Shown here piece after piece: positions 1 through 10,326 of a DNA stretch of 64,000 nucleotides. Every line of letters begins with the position of its first letter. Position 1 is the first letter of the stretch. A program made the position numbers and the translations under genes. The stretch is from Botryllus schlosseri (Eukaryota). The notes under the pieces are model-generated. The model was not told the origin of the DNA, did not search any database, and was given only the letters and a program-made list of their open reading frames with translations. The stretch lies in assembly GCA_051294905.1 (NCBI GenBank), contig CM119373.1, forward strand, positions 8,556,001 to 8,620,000, read 5' to 3'.

Positions 1-726
1 AAACAAGACTTATAATACTACGCATTAAAATCGATAACAATTATGTCATGAAAACTCTGTGTGCAACTGTGCCGTGTGCGATGTGCATTCATGCCCTGGT
101 CGGACGAAGCGCGAAATTCTTTCGAAGGTAATGAATGAATTCGATCAATAAATATGTTACTTGCATATATTGGGGGTCGCCTCTGTATACGACTAGGCTC
201 ATTTGGCAAGGACAGGAATATTCGGCGTTTAGACATAGCAATATCGAAGGTGTCGGTGAACATGCCTCTAACATTTTGCGCAAATGTTTCGTCGCCGACG
301 ATCTCGCTGCCAACACGCAAGCGAATTTGCATGTTGGAAGACATGTTCTCTCCTATTCGCGAATATAGTTAGACTCAATTCTGTAAATTACGTGTATTTA
401 TTATTTTGAGGAGGGGGCTCCGATACTAATTGCAAGAAATAGAGTGATAATAAATCATGCGAAGTGATATGAAAAATTTCATGCCAAACAAATCTGCTAC
501 GAAATATTCTACTTTATGATCATATTCGAAAATATGCGATAAATGTGGCTGGCCCCTGGTTAGGCCAATGCGTCGGAACAGGTGATTTAGTCACTATCAA
601 ATTTCCTGGTCAGGCTAATCAAATTTTGGTTGGCCCTGCAATTTTACCTCATGCGATAACTAATTCCGAGTATTACCTCGCGGGTCACACAAAACTTTCT
701 CGCGGGCCACGGGTTGGCCGCCCCTG
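1..726. mobile_element. hAT-type MITE, right part (left boundary undefined)
   Basis: Ends in GGTTGGCCGCCCCTG; interior around 345-420 is homologous to the MITE at 17642-18143. Confidence 0.55.
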
Positions 727-1253
727 ATTTACAGTTTCTTCTGCCATCCCGTCACTCGTTTAGCTTGATTAACATAATATGGAACATGACAAACCAGCAT
801 GGTGTTTTCACCACCTTGTGGTGGTAAATTTCACTCTTTCAAAGTGGTAAGTAGCGAAACTTTTAGATGTTAGTTTGTGAATCCGCTTCAAATTAGCGCC
901 TACTCCATTTTAATACTTGCAGATTACTCAATTTTCGTACAGTTGACTTATTGATGATGTTCTAATTCACGTTCGTTTTTGGGAAAAACGCTTTGCAAAG
1001 TGCAGCGAATCCCAATGAGAGCTAAAAGTACTGGTAATATCACCACGAAATCATCAATCATCCATAACTAGGGTTGCATTGGTACAAAAATCTATTTATA
1101 TTGATTTGCGAAATAATTTTGGTGGTTTGAGGTGCGACAGTTACGGTCCTAACTGTAAGTGCCAATTTACCACGACTGTGACGACGATTAATTTGGTAAT
1201 TGATACATTCACACGGGTATATTTGAATATATGAAGTTTTGAGGTCGTCTTAC

Positions 1254-1306
1254 CCCCAAATTGGTCCGTGCTTTTTCTTCATCATGTTGTCATATTGAAA
1301 CCCCGT
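1254..1306 (-). CDS. CYP3-like gene 2 exon 3
   Basis: 53 nt, YDN.MK.K.GPIWG shared with gene 1; ctgcag and GTAAGA sites. Confidence 0.92.
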
Positions 1307-4300
1307 CTGCAGATACAGATAATAAGTTATTTTATTATGATCATCGATATTTATTCAAATAGTTGAAGGTGTCATGGGTGTCCAATGCGTCAATCGTGAC
1401 CATATCCGCTGCAAAATTATTTTCTGGTCGTCAATATATTCGATGAAGTGTATGTTAGGGTTGTTCGGGATAGATCAACTTTGAGAAACTGTGCATTTTG
1501 AGCTGAAAAAAATCGGCAAATACTGGGATTTCCAGTAATGTGAAGGCCGCACCAGTATCAGCCAGTCATCCTCCACCAGCATCAAGTACCGAAGGTGAAC
1601 TTACATAGAGCTCGTCTACATCTTCACAGCAGCTGACGCTCACCACAGTAGTGACCTTGAAGCTACACAACGTGCACAATCATCACCTGATCATTCATCT
1701 AAATGTCTGAGTCTGAACGCTGTAGAGTAGACGTATTCAGCGAAAGAGATCTATGCCAGCTATTCCAGGTTTTTTTCATCATTGATTTGATTGGGTGTAT
1801 GATTACATTAAATGCCGACTGCACTACGTACATACCGGATGACAGATACCTGAAAGCCAGTCGCTTACAAGTTGTAGGAAATTACCGGCAAATATTTTAT
1901 TATTTCGAAATATCAACCCGTTTCATCTAACTGAGTGGTATTTACATTTGGGCCAAGTTAACCCATTTCTTTGTTATGCTGAGTCGTTGCGTTATCCATT
2001 TCCATGCTATGTTGTTCCGCTTCATTAAAAATTGGGTCTCATAATGATGCTGTGAGAGTAGCTGGTAGATTCACCATGATATTGTTTTACATGTGCATGT
2101 GCAAGGCACATCGTCTATGGTGCAATATGATGATCAGTCCTTATTAGGTTTTAGGATTTCGATGGAAGTGTGCAATATGATAATCATGTCCTGAACTCAT
2201 AATAACATATGTAGTGAGGTTTTGTAGCATCCCAAACCTTAACAGCTGAATAAACTCTGCTATTTATTACATTTACAAGGCTAGGAAATATCGCGGCATT
2301 TAAATATAGGGTAATCGCCATTGATAGCCTATTTCTTTCAAGCTCCAAATGCACACAGGTACAAGGGATGAGTCACACTAAAAATGTAGCGAGTATATTT
2401 TTTAAAGTGTTTAAGGCATGGGAAGTGGACTGAAAACCATGACTCTTTGGAAGTCGGTCCATTCTGAACACCTATAATATATGTGCCATGTTCGTCTGTC
2501 ATTTGTCGTTCCATACAATTCTTATGATAACTTTTCCACGTGTTATCCCAAAACGATAGCCTACAATTGTTGATAAAGAGCTTAGTAATACACATATCTC
2601 TATTTGTTCTAATAATATAGTATGTGACATATCTTAGTGTTACCGAGGATGGAAATATTCGCGATCATTTGAAAATTTGCAACACACATGTGGCATCTCG
2701 GATTTATCGTGACGTAGCGAAACAGGTGATGCCGAAATGTCATATAATAAGATTTACGGTTTGTTTTCGTCCGCCTGATGACGTTGCTGTCTATGTGTTG
2801 TATACAGAAGTCCGCACTCAAGCTATACGCTGTACTTGCAGTGTACACTGAACAGTGAACAGTTTTCCTTATGACATGTCGGCATAGTTTCCTACGATGA
2901 CAGGCTTTCGATAGTTGAAATTGTTCAATCAGCAAATGTCAATATCACGTGCAAAAGCTCTGATGGCGAAGATAAGCGCTACTCGCAATTTGCCTGAGCT
3001 CAAAACTTATGTTCCCGCTACGTTATTAACCCTAGACTGCTCAGGCGGGATATCGTTACACGATGGCTCAGGTGGGGTCAAATTGACCCTATCAGTTAAT
3101 ATACTTTTTTCTTACCAATTTTGCTATACAGCTGTCTAATAACCTCCTGCGGGACGTTATAACGATGCACCTACCTTTTTGGTACATTGAACTCTACTCT
3201 CTACCCATCTAAGACCACTGAGGTGGGATATCGTTACACGATGGCTCAGGTGGGGTCAAATTGACCCCATCAGTTAATATGCTTTTTTTCTTACCAATTT
3301 CGCTATACAGCTGTCTAATAACCTCCTGCGGGACGTTATAACGATGCATCTACCTTTTTGGAACATTGAACCCTACTCTCTACCCATCTCAAAGTTCCCG
3401 CTGAGGCCTAATACCATTACACGAATGGCGAGCTGTGGTCAAACACCCCCCATCGGTTATTTATTACAACAATTATTACAATACAACAATCGGAAAGCTA
3501 TTCGTCATGTCTCGTTGACTCCACGTGACATAAACAATGCGAAAGAATCATATAAACAGCCGGAATCGGTCCGAATACAACGAGGAGAAAATACTTAGTC
3601 TGGTCACTATACCTTCAAAATCTGACCCATGCTAAATCAATAGCTCATAGCGGCGAGGAATTAGAGGTAACCAGCTAATGCTTTATTCCAATTGATAGTG
3701 CATATGACCATTTAGGATTACATGGCTGGCAAGAACAATCTGACCGCACATGAAAATATGACTGATATATTTGCTCGCCTGGGGTCAAATTGACCCCAAC
3801 CTGAGTTGTCTAGGGTTAAGACGGTCACATGTCGGATTTATAGAGCGGTCCGATCGTACATCGCCTATCGTAATTTGTCCAGTTGATGTTAAGTGCCCAC
3901 TCAAGCTACTATGCTGCCACCGTTCTTACGTTTTTGTCGAATAGTTGTCGGACATTTCCAATCTGCAGTAATGAAGGCGGATCGTGTGGAATATTGAGTT
4001 CTTTGTGATATTGCCACTTCCGGTGAATGTAATACCTGAAATTTATTAATATATATTGACAGTGTTGATGAAATTGTGATCTACGATCCGAGGACTTATT
4101 GAAGATTAACGTTTTCAGGGCGCGACAGCAGCTTTTAACATGTTCTCGATGTACATCGAGTTACAGACCTTTTGCAAAAAAGCCTAGAGAGAAATCCATT
4201 GAAGGTCGCATAAAAAGAGCAAGGAAAAGCCTCCATAGGAAAATATACAATTCGAACACTGTTACATTAGACATTGAGCCGAAGTGGATGTTCGATGGGA

Positions 4301-4627
4301 GAGTGTACTTGCCTACTTGGACGGTTCAACATACTCTTATCGGTTCATTAAATCGCATTGTGTCTTGCGTGTAGAATTGTACATTATGTGTCTTGAACCG
4401 ATAAACATAATAGAAACGCCGATTATTATCATTATCATTATTTGAGATGAATACACGGGGAAACGAACAGTTGTTTTTAGCTTCGATATAGCCAAGATAT
4501 CGGCTTCTCGAGTCTAGGAAGCGTAGATTTATAGCGATGTGCTACCATTCACTCACCATGCAAGCGTCACGATGCTCCCGAGTAACGCCCACGTTTCGAG
4601 TGAAAACAAATTCAGAGGACTCCACAT
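1254..4627 (-). CDS. CYP3-like: Cytochrome P450 CYP3-like gene 2 (tandem paralog), exons 1-3 only; continues beyond window start
   Basis: Exons 4557-4627, 3930-4035 and 1254-1306 splice in frame to MWSPLNLFSLETWALLGSIVTLAW-YYIHRKWQYHKELNIPHDPPSLLQIGNVRQLFDKN-TGFQYDNMMKKKHGPIWG, with the same intron phases as gene 1. No exon 4 found in 1-1253. Confidence 0.9.
3030..3815. mobile_element. Non-autonomous piggyBac-type MITE
   Basis: TTAA on both sides (3026-3029, 3816-3819); TIRs CCCTAGACtgCTCAGG / CCTGAGttGTCTAGGG; GGGGTCAAATTGACCCC palindromes; internal ~178-bp tandem duplication (3047 and 3225). Confidence 0.88.
3930..4035 (-). CDS. CYP3-like gene 2 exon 2
   Basis: YYIHRKWQY..E.NIPHDPPSL shared with gene 1; tttcag and GTAAGA sites. 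Confidence 0.93.
4557..4627 (-). CDS. CYP3-like gene 2 exon 1
   Basis: ATG at 4627, hydrophobic anchor with ETW.LL, donor TG|GTGAGT. Confidence 0.9.
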
Positions 4628-4738
4628 GTTCAGTTGGCGTTCGGAATTTCTTTGTTCGATAATATTCTATCTTGATAAATCTGCAAAAGATGGTCGCTTC
4701 CGAATTCAATTGCGGTATTCGGAGCTTCAGGTTATGAT

Positions 4739-5237
4739 TAGGACTGGGCACAATGATTTGAGTACTCGAATCTGAATCGAGTAATTATTTTAATGATTCG
4801 AGTCGAGTAGCAAAAGACGATTTTTTCGAGCACTGAAATTTTACGCTCCTCGCCACTGCAAGTTATTTTAGCAACACGAATGATGATTTCGGTACTATCT
4901 ACTCTTGAAACCTTGATTGGCCGTATCGCAGCATACGAAACATATAGTACAAATCTACGAAAGTACGAAAGTTATTGGAAACAACACATTTCCGAAGTCA
5001 TGACCCTCCCACAACATTGTCACAAAGTGAAATGAGTCGAAATATTACCAAAGTATATGTAATGTGATAAATAACAGGCAATATATTCTTTGTGGTGGCA
5101 TAAAAGGTACATATTTGAACCTTGGCATCTTGCATACTGTTATTACGTCATAATCAGTGATAATCGAATACTCGACTCGAAGCATAATACGTGATTCAGA
5201 ATCGAATCACTCTGGTACTCGATTTTGCCCGGCCATA
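4739..5237. mobile_element. hAT-type MITE A (GATTCGA/ACTCGA subterminal motifs)
   Basis: Perfect 8-bp TSD GTTATGAT (4731-4738, 5238-5245); imperfect TAGG/TATGG..GGGC..AA TIRs. Confidence 0.82.
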
Positions 5238-5245
5238 GTTATGAT

Positions 5246-6254
5246 TAGGTGTAGGCGCAAAGATCGGAGTACCCAGATCCGAGTTGCGTATCAATTGCAA
5301 TGATTCGAGTAGAGTGCGCAGAGTCGATTTTTTTCGACTAACAAAAGTTGACGCCTTGACATCAAGAGTTATATTTTACCAACTCAAAATATACTTTCAA
5401 TATTTAATTACCACCGTTGGAGCTTCAACATCTCGGTTATCCGTATCTCCGGCGTCGATCAACATGTTGCACAAGGCTATGATTATTTTTTATTCATGGA
5501 ATGACATTTCTGCCGAGCCTCACAGTGACCACAAAGCTCTACGAAATAGTTATGGTCCAGAAATGGGTAGCGCTAGTAGAATCGTGATAGTGGCGCTTAT
5601 AACATCACTGGTTTTGTGCGCTACGTCTGTAAAGAGTTATTATATGCAATCCGAAGCAAATAAATATGATGGTAACGTGATAATCGATGGCACTATTGTT
5701 GATATACGATGTTCTTTCCTATTCTCCGCTGATTGCTGACGATTACCCCTGACGAGTGTCAGCCGAAAATATTCGGGTGTATTTCAATATGAATATACCA
5801 TTTAATTGTATGTTGGAGTTCTGTATCTCCGAGAAGCTCTTAAAATAAATATATATGCGTCGTTTAGTCTTAGTAACACGGACTTTAGACCAGATGATAC
5901 ATACATTTCATCAATACGAACTTACGTACATAGATTTAGATATACACATACACACGCATACACATGTGTATGTGCATGTGCATTGTGCAACTATTTGCTA
6001 TGTTATATAAGCTAAATCGTCTCGGCAATATTACAAATTCAACTACATTATCTACTATCTTTGGATCACAGAGAACATCGAACAAGTTCAAATGTATCCT
6101 AAACCCGTAGTAACATTTACCTGTCGCCGCAGAAAGCGATTCATATTTGAACTTTTGGAGTCGTTGTTACTTTCAGGATAACACTATAATACTCGAAAAT
6201 TTGACTCGGAAATCGTAATCGAATCACCTAGATACTCGATTTCGCCAAACCCTA
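5246..6254. mobile_element. hAT-type MITE B, related family, in tandem with MITE A
   Basis: Flanked by GTTATGAT at 5238-5245 and 6255-6262; imperfect TIRs TAGGTGTAGGCGCAAA / TTTCGCCAAACCCTA; carries hammerhead copy 1. Confidence 0.75.
5745..5778 (+). ncRNA. Minimal type-I hammerhead ribozyme motif, copy 1 (intact core)
   Basis: ACCC-CTGACGA-G(TGTCAGC)C-GAA-AATATT-C-GGGT: CUGANGA and GAAA core, palindromic stem III, predicted cleavage after C5774, stem I ACCC/GGGT. Confidence 0.75.
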
Positions 6255-7504
6255 GTTATGATAGACTTATTCTTTGAGACTGGCTCACGGCACTTGACTG
6301 ACATATGTTATAATTTCACAGGTACTCTGCGGAGTGTTTCTGCGCTCGCAACCCGTAAGGTCGCCCGATCGGACGTCTCTCGGCAATTCATGTTTGCGAA
6401 GCTAGGTCATTCGTAACGACCGCATTGTGATTCTACAGTGTACGACGCAGCTATGCCGCACTCACAATACACTCGCCTGTGAAGCCGGTGAATATTACAT
6501 CCGCTGATAGCGAATAGCAATCATTTTCTCACATTTATAACGAGAGCGCAGTGAACACGTCAGCCGATATTGCGACATCGTGATGTTGTATCTGTGTTGC
6601 AACGCCATGTTCGAAATCGACAATACAGCCAGTCACGTCATATTGTTTTACCGCGAGTAATAGCTTGATCTTTCCAGGCAGTGAAGTGACGGGTTGACCA
6701 TAATAGTTCAAAAACGTCGCATCGAAACAGTACCGTTGTTTACTCTGTTATCTACAGCTATTTATCCTCCGTATTTGGCTATTTTCATCGGCTCTTCGTG
6801 AGATGTTACAAATAAGTACATGTCGGCTACTATTACCAGCGCACCGATGTCGCCAGTACGTCAAAGTTCGATAAGCACACTGTTCAGTGTTTAGTACAGT
6901 TTAAACTTCAGACGTGATATAATAGCAGACTGTATCCGAGCATACAGCCTCAAGGAATGATTGTTACCGTTAATCCACGATCGCGTGTGTGGTTGACGCG
7001 GAATTACAGTAAAGAATATGGTAGCATATAGAATTGCCTATAATGATTTAGTTCAATTACAATTACGCATATATTGAAGATTTACCATTATATTGAGATA
7101 TGCGTGCAATGGATACAGCCCAACATCTAAATTACTGCTAGTATCAATAATGTATGAGCTGTAGTCACCAAGCATTGAATCCAAAACCGCCAATCAGCGT
7201 CACCGATTTCGAATTGCACGAACTTGTACAGTACATCCGTTCTACGCTGGCAACAAGTCTGAGCTCCAACCAAATTCCTTGTACGTCAAACTCTCTTATA
7301 GAACCGCGATGTCAGTGAAGCTACAACTGACCTCTGGTATACTGAAGTACGCTTATCTCGCAAGAGCGTCGGCAAATAGAGAGTGAAGAAACTGTCGAAC
7401 GAACTCTTCAAGTTGTCGACGGGAATGAATGGACATTGGACAGTTTCCGACTCTGAATCAATAGTATTGTCGTACTCTACATAATTCTAAATTACATGAA
7501 TTGA

Positions 7505-7560
7505 AGATTCGTCGCTCACTGCAGCCACCAGATTCGTCGCTCACTGCAGCCACCAGATTC
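7505..7560. repeat. 25-bp perfect tandem duplication (AGATTCGTCGCTCACTGCAGCCACC x2)
   Basis: Read directly at 7505 and 7530. Confidence 0.9.
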
Positions 7561-7648
7561 ACGCATGTTAGCTTTCGCTTCAGTATAGTTCTTTGGTTAC
7601 TTATGACTTCTCCAAAATACGCGCATATTCTCAAGACACTGGCAAAGA

Positions 7649-7905
7649 GTGGCGAGATAGCGCAGTGGTATAATCAGCGGCTGCAACACCAACCGAGGTC
7701 GACATCAGAAATCCTATACCTAAGTGTTGGAGGTTTACCTAGGCTCCTCCTCGCCACCTCATCCGCGTAAGCGGTGTCTTCACGAAAAGCCTAGAAGTGG
7801 GCCGTGCTGTAAGTCGGCAATCACGGAATAAAAATGAAAAATATCGGCCAGGTGTAAATGACCATAGTAGTCGACAAACACCATGTATACCTCAAAAGCC
7901 AACCA
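7649..7905 (+). mobile_element. tRNA-derived SINE, family 1
   Basis: A-box-like head GGCGAGATAGCGCAGTGG; 13-bp TSD ACACTGGCAAAGA (7636-7648, 7906-7918); body homologous to 28810-29040. Confidence 0.85.
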
Positions 7906-8629
7906 ACACTGGCAAAGATTGCTACGCTGTGCCCTGAAGTTGATTCTGGACTATGAGTCGATGCATTACGTACCAATTATTCAAAGGTCGGTCAAAGTAG
8001 TACGTATTTGTAATCATGTAGAAGTAGAAGTAACGCCATAAATTGCCATTAGAATTGGCAATTGCCGTGACATTCCAAAACTACTTCAGGGAAAAGTAGA
8101 GAATGGAAGGGCTGATGCTTTGAAAATTTAGAAAAATAGGTAGCTTGTGCTAGTAGATTCGGTCAAGGTGTCGAATACAAGTTGTACAAATCGGAAATGG
8201 GTTCTAAATTATAATGTATCATCAATCATACCATTAAGACGTATCTCCGTGACAACGCATATTGACTGTGACTGATGACTAATCACTAATGGCGGAATTA
8301 TTGAAAATATATTCTGCTACCGTAACAGCTAACACGGCTGAAACTTCGCCCAGTACGATTGTTTGACACATAAAAGTGACTCTAACCAATCCCTATATTA
8401 CGTCTTACTTTATAAAAGCCAAAGTCCACAAGGTAAGTAGTTTTCTTGTCTATAATTGTCAAGTAGAAGTGGAATACCTAAGTCTTGAAACACAACCAGT
8501 CAATAGTGCAAATAGGCTACTTGAGTAATACGAGAAAGTACTACGTCACTTATACCGGTGACCGCATCCGCCATTAATTTGGTGGTTTTAATCAGCACTC
8601 CATATCATTGGAAATTAGATAGTTGCGTA

Positions 8630-9062
8630 TAGGGTTGCATTTAAAACAAAAATCAATTTAAAACAAACATGTTTAAAACAAAAATCAATTTAAAACAAAC
8701 ATGTTTAAAACAAGGCCCTTGTTTAAAATATTTTTTATTTTTAGTTTTTGTTCAAGCCATGACGTCACGAATATTCAATTGTGACGCCATAGTGGATTGA
8801 CATTTACAATTGAAAACAGAGGGTAAATATATATCCTTTCACGAAATATCTGTACTATTGCTGTTGAACCGACTATTCTGAGGGTTCCAACCATCTCATA
8901 TCGATATACGTCGGCTATATCGAGTGGTAAATGTCTGTAGGCTCATACAACATGTTTTTGGAAAGTATTTACACAATTATGGCACGATTTTACAACTTAA
9001 AAAAAAACGATTTTTTTGAAAGGCCATTGTTTAAAACACGGCTTGTTTTAAATGCAACCCTA
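8630..9062. mobile_element. hAT-type MITE (TAGGGTTGCATTTAAAACA TIR)
   Basis: Perfect TIRs; perfect 8-bp TSD GTTGCGTA; internal 32-bp tandem repeat; second copy at 40586-40978. Confidence 0.92.
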
Positions 9063-9853
9063 GTTGCGTATTGTAAATGATCGGGATTTTGTAATCCAAT
9101 CGCACAAGTATCTTGCGAGGTTTATGGAAACAGGATTGGTATCGGTGTCGCAATTATTTCCAAAATAAAATAATGGCCGACCAAGCGTGCGAGAATTGCC
9201 GGTTGACGTCTGCCTGTACCGAATTTAGGCTGCAGCATAACCATTATAATCACGACAGGGTCACGCTGAATTTCCTTTTCAACAAGGTGGTCACAGAGCC
9301 TTAAATTTCAATCAGCTCTAATTCTGCTGATGTTACATACATGATTTAATATATCATCGACCAGGTTGGGATTAATAGCTCTGTCACAATATAGACAGTG
9401 TTATATTACGGTTTGTATTTTGCGATAGTCCGAATACTTATACTGCGATCTACACCAGACCCGGACATTTTACTGCACGCGGGTCAAATAATTTCGAAAA
9501 TGGAATGGTATTGCGATAAATAATACCATAGGTATTATGAACTTAAATGGAAACGTGTTTTACTTTGAAGCCTAATTATTTATGTGTACAGTATATGTAT
9601 GTAGGCTAATCGAGATTCATAATATAGCAAAGTATGCTGTAACAAATCAAGTCACAGGCCGTGAAATTCGTAATGATGCAATAGCAATAAACAAGGTTGC
9701 AACTATTGTAACAAAACGCAGATATTGAATGCGACAATATTGATTCCAACTTCAGCCTCACTGTTTGCGTATAATATAATCCAAACCTTCTTTGCTGCCA
9801 CTGTTTCACTTTACGAAATACAGGGTCTCTGATATCAATTGTGATTTCAATTC

Positions 9854-9859
9854 TTTATT
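9854..9859 (-). terminator. Candidate polyadenylation signal AATAAA of CYP3-like gene 1
   Basis: First canonical AATAAA noticed on the minus strand, about 380 nt downstream of the stop codon. Confidence 0.45.
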
Positions 9860-10239
9860 GTGAATAAACCATCAGCATCGCATTCCCCTTGTTACAAATA
9901 ATTGCCCACCCCTGATCTATGCTATGCAGCTGAATGCTATGGACTGGCCTTATTAGTCATCGCGAGTCTCTTTCACAAACGCTATCTGTCATAATCTGCT
10001 ATCTGCGTCACGACCCGAGCCGGAATTTTTTTTTAGTATATGACCTTGTCAGTATAGCTTTCAAGTGTGACATCTATATAATAGAAAAACTCTTGGCATG
10101 GGGGGCACGGCCGGAAACATTCCCCACTCAAGTATCTGTGTATCAATGTATTCATTGCCTTCTAATTTGGGTAAATAAAGAGTTAAACACGTTCTCGTTG
10201 AAGCGGTATTTTGGTAGGCGATGAGGTTTGCGCTGTTGG

Positions 10240-10326
10240 CTATTCATGGTTGCGCTTGACCACCCGTAAATTAAACTCCACCGCCGGTTGTATACCGACA
10301 ACTTCACGAAGCTTCAAGGGCGGCAT
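10240..10326 (-). CDS. CYP3-like gene 1 exon 13 (MPPLKLREVVGIQPAVEFNLRVVKRNHE*)
   Basis: cccttttcag acceptor, phase 0, PLKL...QP....L.V..R resembles the clan-3 C-terminus, TAG stop at 10240-10242. Confidence 0.88.
   Translation of the reverse strand: MPPLKLREVVGIQPAVEFNLRVVKRNHE

Noticed and set aside
1540-1790. Ser/Thr-rich coding-like stretch in gene 2 intron 2
   Set aside because: Stops in the frames examined and no assignable family; possibly an old transposase N-terminal relic
5284-5739. 151-aa ORF
   Set aside because: Starts at TTG inside MITE B, includes subterminal repeat sequence and has no domain similarity
9606-9809. ORF with VRLKLESI as the last CYP exon
   Set aside because: It would add a long Cys-rich tail; the exon at 10240-10326 has a better acceptor, correct phase and size, and a clan-3-like C-terminus
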